DNA of 64,000 bases, taken from assembly GCA_050250855.1 (NCBI GenBank), contig JBFWNW010000002.1:69925-133924 (forward strand), written 5' to 3'. The notes beneath the pieces were generated by a model. That model was given only the letters and a program-made list of their open reading frames with translations, was not told the DNA's origin and searched no databases. The stretch comes from Candidatus Babeliales bacterium (GTDB taxonomy: Bacteria; Babelota; Babeliae; Babelales; JACPOV01). Each line of letters begins with the position of its first letter. The first letter of the stretch is position 1. The position numbers were made by a program, and so were the translations under genes. Shown here piece by piece: positions 42,231 through 52,650 of the stretch.

Positions 42231-44789
42231 ATGAATACAGAAATTCTTACTAATGCAAGCCAAGAACTTATCAATAAAAGTATTCAATTGGCCATGGCCA
42301 ATAAAAATCCTGCTTTATTACCCCTCCATACGCTTGCTGCAGGACTTGGCGATGAATTTTGTTCTTCATTTTTTGCTGCACTCAATGTTGCTCAAGAACC
42401 ATTAAAAACATTAATTGAACAAGAACTTGCCAAACTTCCTAAAGCTGAAGGAGCTCGCCTTGCAGCTGATTATTCTTTTGAACAGTTTATGTTAGAACTA
42501 GAAAAGGAAGCTCAAGGACTTGGTGATACCTATATAAGTCTTGAACTTTTTTTACTTGGTTGGGGCACTACAAGCTATCTTCCTGAGGCTATAAAAAATT
42601 TCTTTAAACAAAATAATTTTACCAAAAGCACTATCCTTGCTCATATGAAATTATTGCGAAAGGGCAAAACAGTGAATTCAAAATCTGCTGAAAAACAGTA
42701 CCAAATTTTAGAAAAATATTGCACAGACCTTACTAAACTTGCTCGTGAAGGAAAACTTGATCCCGTCATTGGCCGCCATGAAGAGGTTCGTCGCGTTATT
42801 CAAATTCTTTCACGCAGAACAAAAAACAATCCTGTTTTAATTGGACAACCAGGCGTTGGTAAAACTGCTATTGTAGAAGGTATTGCACAACGCATTATTA
42901 ATAATGACGTACCTGAAGGACTACAAAATAAAAAAATATTTGCCCTTGATCTTGGCATGCTCATTGCAGGAACTAAATATCAAGGAGAGTTTGAAGAACG
43001 TCTTAAAGGAATTTTAAAAGAAATAGAAGAAAGTAAGGATGATATTATTCTCTTTATTGACGAGCTGCATATGCTTGTTGGCGCTGGTGCAGCTGGTGGC
43101 GGCATGGATGCTTCTAATTTACTCAAGCCTGCTTTAGCGCGCGGCATTTTGCATTGCATTGGCGCAACAACGCTGCAAGAATATAAAAAATATATAGAAA
43201 AAGATGCGGCACTTGAGCGCCGATTCCAAAAAGTTTTTGTTCCTGAACCAACGGTAGAAGATGCTATTTCAATTTTACGTGGCTTAAAAGAGCGCTATGA
43301 ACTTCATCATGGTATTCGTATAAAAGACCAAGCGCTGGTGGATGCGGTACAACTTTCTGCCAAAAATATCGCTGATCGCTTTTTGCCTGATAAAGCAATA
43401 GACCTTATTGATGAAGCAGCAGCAAGTGTTCGCATGACCATTGATTCTCATCCGGTTGAAATAGATCAACTTGATCGCAAGATTCGTCAGCTTGAGATTG
43501 AAAAAGTTGCTTTAGCAAAAGAAAAAGATGAGGCTTCACAAAAGCGCTTAAAAGATATTGAAAAGGAATTGGCTAATCTTAAAGAACAGCATAAAAAACT
43601 CATGAGCCAGTGGGAAGCTGAAAAAAAACCGTTAGAAACTATTCATAAATTGCGTGAAAAAATTGAACAAGCGCAGCTTGAATTCCAACAAGCAGAACGT
43701 GAGGGTGATTTTGCAAAAGCTTCAGAAATTAAGTATGGCAAGTTAGTAAAATTGGCAAGTGAGCTTGATAAAGAACAAGAAAAAATTAAAAAATTAGAAA
43801 CACACCTTATTAAAGAAGAAGTCGATGAAGAGGATATTGCACGTATTCTTTCTCGCTGGACTGGCATTCCTGCAGAAAAATTACAAACTTCAGAAAAAGA
43901 AAAAATCCTTAACATGGAAAAAATCTTAAAAGAACATGTTATTGGACAAGATGAAGCTCTTGAAAAAGTTTCTCAAGCAATTCAAATGCACCGTGCCGGG
44001 CTTACTGACCAAAATAGACCAATAGGTTCTTTTCTCTTTTTAGGACCAACAGGGGTTGGTAAAACTGAAGTAGCAAAAACATTAGCAGACTTTTTATTCA
44101 ATGACCCTCATCGCCTCATTCGCATTGATATGTCTGAATACATGGAAAAACATGCCGTTGCGCGCCTTATTGGTGCTCCTCCTGGTTATGTTGGTTATGA
44201 AGAAGGTGGTCAATTAACAGAACAAGTACGCCGCAACCCTTACAGCGTTATATTATTTGATGAAATTGAAAAAGCACATCCAGATGTTTTTAATATTTTC
44301 TTACAAATTCTTGATGAAGGCCATTTAACAGATAGCCAAGGACGTACCGTCTCCTTTAAAAATTGCATTATTATTATGACTTCTAATATTGGCTCTGATA
44401 TTATCCTTACGGCAAAAGAATTAACCGATAAGGTAAAGTCTGAAGTCGAGCAACTACTGTTTAAGCATTTTAGACCAGAATTTTTAAACCGTATTGATGC
44501 CATAGTATTCTTTAAAAGTCTTTCAGAAAAAGATGTGGAAAAAATTGCAAAAATCCATCTTGGCATGCTAGAAAAACGCTTACAAGAAAAGGGCATTACT
44601 CTTACTATGAGCAAAGATGTTTTGAAAATAATTGCACAAGAAGGGTATGAAAAAGAGTTTGGCGCTCGTCCATTAAAACGGGCTATTCAACGATTTATTA
44701 CGGTACCAGTTTCACTCTCTATGCTTCAGCATCCTGATAAAAAAGAAATTCATTTAGGAACTAAAGGCGGGGCGATAATAGTGGAATAG
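42231..44789 (+). CDS. clpB: ATP-dependent chaperone/disaggregase ClpB
   Basis: Two AAA+ modules ([16 protein letters not shown]), a long middle coiled-coil and [15 protein letters not shown] at 42231 is preceded by GGAGA. The track's 42132 start lies inside the repeat element. Confidence 0.95.
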   Translation: MNTEILTNASQELINKSIQLAMANKNPALLPLHTLAAGLGDEFCSSFFAALNVAQEPLKTLIEQELAKLPKAEGARLAADYSFEQFMLELEKEAQGLGDTYISLELFLLGWGTTSYLPEAIKNFFKQNNFTKSTILAHMKLLRKGKTVNSKSAEKQYQILEKYCTDLTKLAREGKLDPVIGRHEEVRRVIQILSRRTKNNPVLIGQPGVGKTAIVEGIAQRIINNDVPEGLQNKKIFALDLGMLIAGTKYQGEFEERLKGILKEIEESKDDIILFIDELHMLVGAGAAGGGMDASNLLKPALARGILHCIGATTLQEYKKYIEKDAALERRFQKVFVPEPTVEDAISILRGLKERYELHHGIRIKDQALVDAVQLSAKNIADRFLPDKAIDLIDEAAASVRMTIDSHPVEIDQLDRKIRQLEIEKVALAKEKDEASQKRLKDIEKELANLKEQHKKLMSQWEAEKKPLETIHKLREKIEQAQLEFQQAEREGDFAKASEIKYGKLVKLASELDKEQEKIKKLETHLIKEEVDEEDIARILSRWTGIPAEKLQTSEKEKILNMEKILKEHVIGQDEALEKVSQAIQMHRAGLTDQNRPIGSFLFLGPTGVGKTEVAKTLADFLFNDPHRLIRIDMSEYMEKHAVARLIGAPPGYVGYEEGGQLTEQVRRNPYSVILFDEIEKAHPDVFNIFLQILDEGHLTDSQGRTVSFKNCIIIMTSNIGSDIILTAKELTDKVKSEVEQLLFKHFRPEFLNRIDAIVFFKSLSEKDVEKIAKIHLGMLEKRLQEKGITLTMSKDVLKIIAQEGYEKEFGARPLKRAIQRFITVPVSLSMLQHPDKKEIHLGTKGGAIIVE

Positions 44790-44812
44790 AACTTATCAAA
44801 TATTGAATAATT

Positions 44813-44821
44813 TGATATAAT
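44813..44821 (+). promoter_or_regulatory. Extended -10 promoter element (TGaTATAAT) immediately upstream of the 44828 ATG
   Basis: tgatataat at 44813-44821, with the ATG 6 nt downstream and no SD sequence. Confidence 0.4.
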
Positions 44822-44827
44822 AGCAGC

Positions 44828-45628
44828 ATGAATTACAAAAAAAAATTAATAAAAACTATTACACATTCTCTTGATGGCCCATTATTGGACACCATAAAAA
44901 TTGCTTTTTCAGCTAATGCTCCCTTTAATGAGTATCCTTTTTGCATACCGCTTATTAAAAACTTAAAAAATATAAACTTTCCGCAGCAAGTTACTTTTTT
45001 TGTTGGCGAAAACGGGACAGGTAAATCAACCATTATGGAAGCCATTGCGCAAAAATCAGGATTTGGCCCTGAAGGTGGCAGTAAAAACATACATTTTAAA
45101 ACGTCTCAGGAAAATACCTATACAGGAACAGAGTCTCTTGCAGATGCTATGACACTTTCATGGCGAAAAAAACCTATGAATGGTTATTTTTTTAGAGCAG
45201 AAAGTTTTTTTAATGTTGCAAATTATCTTGATCTTATAGCAAAAAATGGTGGCCCTGAATTGGCTTATGGTCCTTATGGTGGCAAGTCTCTGCATGAACA
45301 ATCACATGGTGAAAGCTTTCTTGCTTTTTTTAAAAATCGGTTAGGAATAGAAGGCTTTTTTCTATTTGATGAGCCAGAGGCAGCACTTTCACCGCAGCGT
45401 CAGTTATCATTGCTGGCAATAATGCACGATATCTGCAAACATAATACACATGCACAATTTATTATCGCAACGCATTCACCTCTATTACTTGCTTACCCAA
45501 ATGCTACTATTTATTCATGTGATGGGGATGCATTAACTCAGATTTCTTACGAAGATACGCTGCATTATCAAATTACAAAAAACTTTTTAAATAACCCAGA
45601 GGGTTACTTACGTTACTTATGCGATTAA
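44828..45628 (+). CDS. AAA/ABC-like ATPase (COG3910-type predicted ATPase)
   Basis: Walker A GENGTGKST, Walker B FFLFDEPEAALS, then ATHSPLLL. Confidence 0.75.
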   Translation: MNYKKKLIKTITHSLDGPLLDTIKIAFSANAPFNEYPFCIPLIKNLKNINFPQQVTFFVGENGTGKSTIMEAIAQKSGFGPEGGSKNIHFKTSQENTYTGTESLADAMTLSWRKKPMNGYFFRAESFFNVANYLDLIAKNGGPELAYGPYGGKSLHEQSHGESFLAFFKNRLGIEGFFLFDEPEAALSPQRQLSLLAIMHDICKHNTHAQFIIATHSPLLLAYPNATIYSCDGDALTQISYEDTLHYQITKNFLNNPEGYLRYLCD

Positions 45629-45636
45629 ATTAAATC

Positions 45637-45654
45637 GGGGGCTTTTCAGCCCCC
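45637..45654. terminator. Hairpin between convergent genes
   Basis: gggggct / tttc / agccccc, a 7-bp GC-rich stem in an AT-rich spacer. Confidence 0.6.
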
Positions 45655-45662
45655 CTTAATCT

Positions 45663-46733
45663 TTATTTATCGCAATAAACAACAATACAAGGTCTGCTAT
45701 TTTGTTCTTGCTTCAATTTTTCTTTTTCATATTCGAGCGATACTTGCTGAATACCTTGGCAAACGCCAGTAACAAATTGACCTGCTTCTTTTAATGCCAA
45801 ATAATCTTCTCGTGCTTGTAGTGCTGCTTCGCGTTCACGCTGTCTTATTCTTTCTTGTGCTAAACGCGCTTCTTTTTCTCGTAGCTCTTTTTCTTTGCGT
45901 TCAAGCTCTTGTTTTTTGTAATAATGGCTTGTGCTTACAATTCTCTGCACATCACGCAAAATAATAAGCATTCCATTGGCATCTTGATACACAACAGAAT
46001 ATCTGTTCAAATACTGGATATGAGACTCTAAATTTCGAATATCACGATTAAGGTTTTGAACATAATACAAAGCAGGAAATTCTTTGCGTATGTTATAAAC
46101 AAGTCGCTCCAAAAATTGCTCTCTGCCCGCATAAGAAAGCTTTGGCATATTCATAAACTCGCTACCATAAGAGCGATGTAAGCAACCCTGTAACGAGCAA
46201 AATTCAAAATAATGCTTATGCATAGTAACTATATCTTTAAAATTTTTAATACGCTTTACAAAATCCTCTATCTGCACTACAGCACGTTGCGCTTCAAATA
46301 CAAACATCCCTTTTTCATAATTGTTATAAGATTTTGTTATGCGCTTTGTTAATTCTTGTCTGATTTGATCAAGATTGTTTTCATAGGTCATATTACAAAA
46401 ATCAAGAAGCTTAGATCCACTAAAACGTTCATAGAGTGTTCTTAAATCATTTTCACTCAATTGATACCCTGATTTACAACCAACAGTATATTCAAATCCT
46501 CGTATAACATGCTCCAAATTTCGCTGTGCTTCTTCTAATGCTGTATGAGCTTTTTGCAAAACTGCCTCATCTGACTCTGGCCAAAAAAGCCAGTACCCTA
46601 TTCCAGCAACCGCCGCACATGCCGTTGCAAAAATACCTACCTTTTCTGGGGTGCTAAGTTCAACTGGCTTTGCCTCTTGAACCTGAGTATAAAGCGCTAA
46701 GCCTAGTGATATTTTCATAATGTGTTTTTTCAT
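45663..46733 (-). CDS. Hypothetical membrane-anchored coiled-coil protein
   Basis: Start MKKHIMKISLGL at 46733. One TM helix (IFATACAAVAGIGYWLFW). C-terminal charged coiled coil ELERKEKELREKEARLAQERIRQREREAALQ. Confidence 0.55.
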   Translation of the reverse strand: MKKHIMKISLGLALYTQVQEAKPVELSTPEKVGIFATACAAVAGIGYWLFWPESDEAVLQKAHTALEEAQRNLEHVIRGFEYTVGCKSGYQLSENDLRTLYERFSGSKLLDFCNMTYENNLDQIRQELTKRITKSYNNYEKGMFVFEAQRAVVQIEDFVKRIKNFKDIVTMHKHYFEFCSLQGCLHRSYGSEFMNMPKLSYAGREQFLERLVYNIRKEFPALYYVQNLNRDIRNLESHIQYLNRYSVVYQDANGMLIILRDVQRIVSTSHYYKKQELERKEKELREKEARLAQERIRQREREAALQAREDYLALKEAGQFVTGVCQGIQQVSLEYEKEKLKQEQNSRPCIVVYCDK

Positions 46734-46896
46734 TGAAAAGTCTCCATGTATAAGTAGTTGTGAAAAAACTAATTTCGTTTCAACTATAGCGATATTTGCC
46801 ACAAAATCAAAAGCCCCCCTAGACCAAAAAACTATACAAATACATAAATTTTGGCATATTCTTTCAATAATACATTTCAACACCAAAAGGATTCCT

Positions 46897-47595
46897 ATGA
46901 AAAAATTTCTTCTTGCTTTAGCAATAATGTTTAGCACTCCGGCTGTACAAGCCCAAGACCCAATTAGTTGGTTTTTTGAATTACTTGGTTATCGAGTAGA
47001 AGAGCGTGAAGGCTGGCAAGTACAACAAGCGGCCCGTGAAAATGCAGCTTATGATGTAGCAGAGGCAAATGCTAGCCAACGCGCAGATTATTATGGTGAA
47101 ATTCGCCAAACATTTAAAAATTCTTTTGATTATGTATTAGTAAAGCCAGGCACCTACAACAGTAAAATTGAAAAAGCTAAAAATCACTATTCAAATGAAT
47201 TAATTAACCACTACCAAAAACAAAATGCTCATACATGGCTTGCATTAGATCAAGCAAAAAAGCAAGCAAAAGACGTTGCTGTCCAAAAAGCCAAAGAATT
47301 TATCTTGCACAACGCTAAGGATTATGCAAATAAGCTCCTTTATGGCAAAAATCTCCCTTGCAATCCCGATTACCTTATAAATGAAGTTCATAATAACATT
47401 GCTAATAAAATAAGATATCTCGACACTTGCCAAGATTTTGTTGGCCAAAATTTATACTATGAAGTTGAGGCTATATTAGAAAGAGAAATAGGATGTACGT
47501 GCACTATGATTACCCATGATCAATCAGATTACGCAGATTATCTTAATGCTCAGAACCAGAAATATGCACCTTCAGCACCGCCTATGGATCTATAA
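46897..47595 (+). CDS. Hypothetical secreted protein
   Basis: ATG at 46897 gives signal peptide MKKFLLALAIMFSTPAVQA. The track ORF's 5' extension overlaps the divergent gene. Confidence 0.55.
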   Translation: MKKFLLALAIMFSTPAVQAQDPISWFFELLGYRVEEREGWQVQQAARENAAYDVAEANASQRADYYGEIRQTFKNSFDYVLVKPGTYNSKIEKAKNHYSNELINHYQKQNAHTWLALDQAKKQAKDVAVQKAKEFILHNAKDYANKLLYGKNLPCNPDYLINEVHNNIANKIRYLDTCQDFVGQNLYYEVEAILEREIGCTCTMITHDQSDYADYLNAQNQKYAPSAPPMDL

Positions 47596-47606
47596 AGGAA
47601 TTTAGC

Positions 47607-48368
47607 ATGCAAAAAAAAGGATATATGCTCATTGGTAATTGGAAAATGTACATGAGCACTTATGAAGCACGTGCATGGCTGGAATCTCACACTAAAAATC
47701 TTGCTACAACTCTTAAGGGCTCAGGACATTCTTTAGTCCTGTGCCCTTCTTTTGATGCTCTTTTTTTAGTGCAACAGTTTTTAAAAGATTCTTCTATAGA
47801 ATATGGTGCGCAGGATTGTTCGGAACATATACAAGGGGCGTACACGGGCCAGGTTTCTGCTCAATCATTGCAAGACCTTGGTTGTTCTTACGGCATTATT
47901 GGCCATAGCGAAGTAAGACAGTTTCATGCAGAAACATCAGATATAGTTGCTCAAAAAATGGTGCGTTTATTGGAACATGCTATAACCCCGATAATTTGCA
48001 TTGGAGAATCTCATCAAGATTACCTAAATGGTAAAGCACAAGAACACATTAAGAAACAACTTAAGCCCATTGAGCGTGCTCTTACTTCTTATAAAAAATC
48101 TGCAAATCTTATTATCGCCTATGAACCAATTTGGTCGATAGGAACGGGCATTGTACCAGAAGTTAATTACTTAGAAAGCATCTTTGAATTCATTAACTCT
48201 TTAACTGCCAGTTGGCCAAAAACTACTACGTTTAAACTTTTATATGGCGGTAGCGTTAATGAAAAAAGCAGTATACAGCTTAAAAATATAGCTGCTCTTG
48301 ATGGCTTTCTTGTAGGTAAAGCAAGCACTGACCCTAAAAAATTAAGTGATATGCTAAAGCTCTTATAA
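47607..48368 (+). CDS. tpiA: Triosephosphate isomerase
   Basis: GNWKMY, IGHSEVR and AYEPIWSIGTG motifs. Confidence 0.95.
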   Translation: MQKKGYMLIGNWKMYMSTYEARAWLESHTKNLATTLKGSGHSLVLCPSFDALFLVQQFLKDSSIEYGAQDCSEHIQGAYTGQVSAQSLQDLGCSYGIIGHSEVRQFHAETSDIVAQKMVRLLEHAITPIICIGESHQDYLNGKAQEHIKKQLKPIERALTSYKKSANLIIAYEPIWSIGTGIVPEVNYLESIFEFINSLTASWPKTTTFKLLYGGSVNEKSSIQLKNIAALDGFLVGKASTDPKKLSDMLKLL

Positions 48369-48440
48369 ATTCTTTTTTTACAAATGCTAAAAAAAGGGTT
48401 ATCCTGAAACTATAAGTATACTCAAGTACTGGAGACTATT

Positions 48441-48734
48441 ATGAATATTGTTATCGGTTTACTAACAGCTCTTTTTGTTTTTGTCAGCATTCTTTTGATT
48501 CCCCTTATTCTTTTACAAAAAGGTAAAGGAAGCATGGGTCTTGGCTCTATGGGCGGCGGCGCTCAAATGCTTTTTGGTGGCAGCGGTGGTCAAGATCTTT
48601 TCCAAAAATTAACATGGACTCTTGGTGCAATTTTCATGTTTGGCTCGCTTGCAATTTCTATCATGAAAACCCAAGATTATCGCTCTTCTCGCTATTTAAA
48701 GGGTTATAAAACTCAACAGCAACTTCCAGAATAA
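48441..48734 (+). CDS. secG: Preprotein translocase subunit SecG
   Basis: Two TM helices flank a Gly-rich loop (LLQKGKGSMGLGSMGGGAQMLFGGSGG). Classic tpiA-secG adjacency. Confidence 0.85.
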   Translation: MNIVIGLLTALFVFVSILLIPLILLQKGKGSMGLGSMGGGAQMLFGGSGGQDLFQKLTWTLGAIFMFGSLAISIMKTQDYRSSRYLKGYKTQQQLPE

Positions 48735-48750
48735 GAATCTTATTCTGCGC

Positions 48751-49521
48751 ATGCTTATTAGCAACACGGGAAGATTTTTTTTAAAAGCATGTAATGCTAC
48801 TGGTTCCTTTATTCTTTTTTTAGGACATGTGCTGCGTACTTTTTTTTCTGAAAAACCTCCTTATAAAAAGATACTGCACAATATTGAGTCTATAGGAATT
48901 CATTCGCTTCCTATTGTTTTATTAACCGGTACGTTTTCTGGCGCCGTACTCGCTTTGCAAAGTTATTTAGGATTCAAGCGCTTTGGCGGTCAAGATTTTA
49001 TAGGCCCTATTGTAGCATTAACCTTAACACGAGAGTTAGGCCCCGTTTTAACAGGACTTATGGTCACAGGAAGGGCCGGTTCTTCCATTGCAGCAGAAAT
49101 TGGCACCATGAAAATTACTGAACAAATTGATGCTCTGCGCACGATGAATATTAATATCTGGCACTATCTTATGGTTCCCCGTATTGTTGCTGCTACTTTT
49201 ATAGTACCTTTTCTTTCACTGATTGCTATGCTCATGGGAATCTTAGGCGGTTATTTTGTATGCACCTATATTTTACATATAAATAGTCACCTTTATATTC
49301 TTGGCATTCAAAAACATATTGACCTTTTTGACATTATAAGCGGCCTGATTAAATCTGCTTTTTTTGGCCTCATTTTTTCATGGGTTGGTTGTTATAAAGG
49401 ATATAAAACATATGGCGGCGCTCAAGGAGTTGGCAAAGCCACAACACAAACGGTTGTCCTTGCTTCTGTTATGATTTTAATAGCTAACTACTTTTTAACC
49501 GCACTTCTTTTTGGTCTCTAG
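48751..49521 (+). CDS. mlaE: MlaE-family ABC transporter permease
   Basis: Polytopic 256-aa protein. Motifs ..G..SLPIV.LTG.F.G.VLALQ.. and TRELGPVLT.L...GRAGS..AAEIG.MK..EQIDAL. Confidence 0.85.
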   Translation: MLISNTGRFFLKACNATGSFILFLGHVLRTFFSEKPPYKKILHNIESIGIHSLPIVLLTGTFSGAVLALQSYLGFKRFGGQDFIGPIVALTLTRELGPVLTGLMVTGRAGSSIAAEIGTMKITEQIDALRTMNINIWHYLMVPRIVAATFIVPFLSLIAMLMGILGGYFVCTYILHINSHLYILGIQKHIDLFDIISGLIKSAFFGLIFSWVGCYKGYKTYGGAQGVGKATTQTVVLASVMILIANYFLTALLFGL

Positions 49522-49524
49522 CAT

Positions 49525-50277
49525 ATGATTCAACTTATTAATGTTCATAAAAAAATTAAAAATTCATTTATCTCTAAGGGCATAGATCTGGTAATCCCTG
49601 CTCACAAGATGACCGTTATTATAGGAAGATCGGGTGAAGGTAAGTCACTTCTTTTAAAACAGATCATGGGACTTGTAAAACCAACATCAGGCTCAATTTT
49701 GATTGATAATAAGGATATAACTACATTATCAGAAAAAGAGTGCGCTCCTATTTTTAGCCAACTGGGCTATGTATTTCAATTTGCAGCTCTTCTTGATTCA
49801 CTCAATACATTTGAAAATATAGGAATAAAGTTGCTCCTTGATGGCATGCCCCGAGAAAAGGTTCTTGCTATTGTGCAAGAAAAATTAGCTCTTGTTCATT
49901 TACCACAAGAAGTATTATGGAAATATCCTTCTGAACTTTCTGGCGGCATGCGCAAGCGCGTTGGCTTGGCACGCACTTTAACCACAAACCCTAGCATTAT
50001 TTTGTATGATGAACCAACAACGGGCCTTGACCCTATTACAACACGAGTAATTCATGAACTTATGCATGACATGCAAGTAAAACTCAATGTAACGTCTGTT
50101 GTTATTTCACATGACGTTGAAATTTTTAAATATGCGGATCATGTAGCACTATTGCATGAAGGTAAAATTCAGTATTCAGGAACTGCCTGCGACATATGGC
50201 AAACGGATAATGCTCACGTTCATCAATTCATTCATGGCTTACAAAACGGCCCTATTCAAGCAGAATGGCAACTCTAA
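49525..50277 (+). CDS. mlaF: MlaF-family ABC transporter ATP-binding protein
   Basis: Walker A GRSGEGKS, signature LSGGMRKRV, Walker B ILYDEPTTGLD. Confidence 0.85.
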   Translation: MIQLINVHKKIKNSFISKGIDLVIPAHKMTVIIGRSGEGKSLLLKQIMGLVKPTSGSILIDNKDITTLSEKECAPIFSQLGYVFQFAALLDSLNTFENIGIKLLLDGMPREKVLAIVQEKLALVHLPQEVLWKYPSELSGGMRKRVGLARTLTTNPSIILYDEPTTGLDPITTRVIHELMHDMQVKLNVTSVVISHDVEIFKYADHVALLHEGKIQYSGTACDIWQTDNAHVHQFIHGLQNGPIQAEWQL

Positions 50278-50390
50278 AACAAATCGCCATTGTAAGATTT
50301 GATCAAACTGATACAATGAATATTACTCAGTAATTTGCACGAGGATTTACTAATAAGAATAGTATAAAACTTGGATAGTAAGGCATAGTT

Positions 50391-51377
50391 ATGGTTCATG
50401 AATTAGATAATCAACTTATTGAAAAAATACAAGAACAAAGCGCTTTATTTAATCTTTTAAAAAATGAAGTCGGCAAACATATTGTTGGCAATGAAAAAGC
50501 TATAGATTTTATTATTATAGCCCTTCTTTGCAATGGACATATTCTTTTGGAAGGTGTTCCTGGTGTCGCTAAAACAAAAATGATTAAAACAATTTCTGAT
50601 GCGCTAGGTCTTTCGTTTAAGCGAATTCAATTTACGCCAGATTTATTACCAGCAGATTTGCTTGGCACCCTTATTTTTAACCCAAAAACTCATGAATTTG
50701 AAACAAAAAAGGGTCCTATTTTTGCCAATTTAATTTTAGCCGATGAAATTAACCGTACGCCTGCAAAAGTTCAAGCTGCTTTGCTTGAATGTATGCAAGA
50801 ACATCAAGTAACACTCGGTTCTACTACCTACAATCTCGAAAAACCTTTCTTGGTATTTGCTACACAAAATCCTATAGAACAAGAAGGAACCTATCGCCTT
50901 CCTGAAGCGCAAATAGATAGATTCATGTTTAAACTTCTTATTGAATATTTAAATCCTGAACAAGAAAAACAAATTATAGCAAAAACAGAAAATAGTAGTC
51001 CTATTGTTCGTATTCTTGACCAGGCAACTATTTCAGCCGCGCAAGCATTAGTCAAAAAAGTATATGTCGATCAAAAGATTGTTGATTATATTATTGACCT
51101 TATTTTTGCAACAAGAAGACCACAAGATTATGGCTTAAAAAATATTAAACCATATATTCATTATGGCGTTTCTCCTCGTGCTACGCTTGCACTCTATCAT
51201 GCTGCTCAAGCTCATGCATTTTTAAAGAAACGACATTTTGTAATACCTGATGATGTAAAAGCAGTTGCTCCTGCAGTGCTTCGTCACCGCATAACGTTAA
51301 GCTACGAGGCAGAAGCGGATGATATTACGCAAGATGCTATCATTCAAACAATTTTAAATACTATTCCATCTCCATAA
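50391..51377 (+). CDS. MoxR-family AAA+ ATPase
   Basis: ILLEGVPGVAKT, FKRIQFTPDLLPADLLG and LADEINRTPAKVQAALLE.MQE motifs. Confidence 0.9.
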   Translation: MVHELDNQLIEKIQEQSALFNLLKNEVGKHIVGNEKAIDFIIIALLCNGHILLEGVPGVAKTKMIKTISDALGLSFKRIQFTPDLLPADLLGTLIFNPKTHEFETKKGPIFANLILADEINRTPAKVQAALLECMQEHQVTLGSTTYNLEKPFLVFATQNPIEQEGTYRLPEAQIDRFMFKLLIEYLNPEQEKQIIAKTENSSPIVRILDQATISAAQALVKKVYVDQKIVDYIIDLIFATRRPQDYGLKNIKPYIHYGVSPRATLALYHAAQAHAFLKKRHFVIPDDVKAVAPAVLRHRITLSYEAEADDITQDAIIQTILNTIPSP

Positions 51378-51486
51378 TAATAAGTAGGACAAATCAAGGG
51401 TCTATTCTTGCAATCAAAAATAGCCCTTGACAAAAAATTAATATGAAGGGTATTGTGTGAAAGTAATGTCAAAAAAAGGAATATTA

Positions 51487-52638
51487 ATGAAACATCCTTT
51501 TTGGCTTCTTAATAGTACTCTATTATTAACCTTTATTGGGTCAATACTTTTTGTAATTTTTTCATGGCAAAAAATGCCTTTAAAGGTATCCTTTGAGCCT
51601 GGTCCTGAAATAAAACCTATTAAAAAAGAACTTACAAAAATTGATCTGAGTAAAATTTATACTAACGATCTTTTTGATACGTATGTTCAACCATTGCCAA
51701 GTATCAAGCAGCCAACATTTACAGCACCTATTCCTGCACCCCCAATACCAAAACCACCAGCAATTCCTTCTACACCGCCTATAAAATTTTTAGAACCACT
51801 TAAAATTAATTTGCGTGGCATTATTATAGCAAGCGATGAACGCATGAATATTGCTATTATTCAAGATGCAAAAACAGGAAAATCTGAAAACTACAAAATT
51901 GGTGACATGCTTGAAGATGCTCAACTTATTAGAATATTAAAAAACAAAATTATTCTTATTCGCTCAAATGGGCAACAAGAAACTCTTTATGTAAGTCAGC
52001 ATGATGCAGAGCTTGAACAACTTATGAAACCTCAGCAAAACTGGACTTCTGTTATCAAGAAAACATCAGAAAATGTTTATAGCATAGATACCGATCTTTT
52101 TGCTGAAAAAATAAAAAATCTTTCACAATTTATTGACGCACTGAACTTAACAACAGTATATAAACAGGGTGAAAGCATTGGATGCCGCCTTGGTAAACAA
52201 AGTAATGATTCATTAGGCTTAGCGCTTGGTTTAATGCAAGGTGATATTATTGAATCAATACAAGGTATTCCGGTAACAACCACTGAAAATCGCTTTACTA
52301 TTTACCAAAATCTTCTTTCTTTAGAAAAAGGTCAGGAGATTTCCGTTATTGTGATACGACGAGGTCAACCAATGCGTTTTAGTTACCTATTGGAAAAATA
52401 TACGGGAATAAGTGCTGCTGCGCAGCTAGAAGGAATCTCAGTAAAATATGATGAAAAAACAGAAGAGCAAGTTAAAGCAGAAAAAAGAAAGCTTCTAGAA
52501 GAAAAATATCGTTTTGCTCCAACTGCTGAAGAACTACAAAAAAAAGAAAAACAGGATATGCTCAAATTAAGTAGACGAAATAGCCAGTTATCTAATAGGC
52601 AAAATCGTAGTACACTATTAAATACTATGAAACTTTAA
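51487..52638 (+). CDS. GspC/PilP-like inner-membrane secretion-system component with a PDZ-like domain
   Basis: N-terminal TM helix, Pro-rich linker (PIPAPPIPKPPAIPSTPP), HR-like beta domain (LRGIII...IILIRSNGQQETLYV), PDZ-like segment (GLMQGDIIESIQGIPV), Lys/Glu-rich tail. Alternative starts at 51457 (GTG) and 51466. Confidence 0.6.
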   Translation: MKHPFWLLNSTLLLTFIGSILFVIFSWQKMPLKVSFEPGPEIKPIKKELTKIDLSKIYTNDLFDTYVQPLPSIKQPTFTAPIPAPPIPKPPAIPSTPPIKFLEPLKINLRGIIIASDERMNIAIIQDAKTGKSENYKIGDMLEDAQLIRILKNKIILIRSNGQQETLYVSQHDAELEQLMKPQQNWTSVIKKTSENVYSIDTDLFAEKIKNLSQFIDALNLTTVYKQGESIGCRLGKQSNDSLGLALGLMQGDIIESIQGIPVTTTENRFTIYQNLLSLEKGQEISVIVIRRGQPMRFSYLLEKYTGISAAAQLEGISVKYDEKTEEQVKAEKRKLLEEKYRFAPTAEELQKKEKQDMLKLSRRNSQLSNRQNRSTLLNTMKL

Positions 52639-52650
52639 ATGTAGAAAAAA

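Noticed and set aside
44828-46733. AAA/ABC-like ATPase considered as part of an anti-phage defence pair (Gabija, Septu or OLD-like)
   Set aside because: No nuclease, TOPRIM or HNH partner is present. The neighbouring gene is convergent, not co-transcribed, and looks like a coiled-coil membrane protein. The ATPase matches the small stand-alone COG3910 type.
46720-46937. Mutually overlapping 5' extensions of the divergent ORFs 45663..46937 and 46720..47595
   Set aside because: Both have internal ATGs (46733 and 46897) that yield signal or TM N-termini and leave a normal 163-nt divergent promoter region. The extensions have no recognisable features.
50391-51377. MoxR ATPase as the start of a Bat/VWA aerotolerance-type operon
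   Set aside because: No DUF58 or VWA-domain genes follow. The next genes are the secretion-system operon, after an 80-110 nt gap. A functional link cannot be supported from sequence alone.
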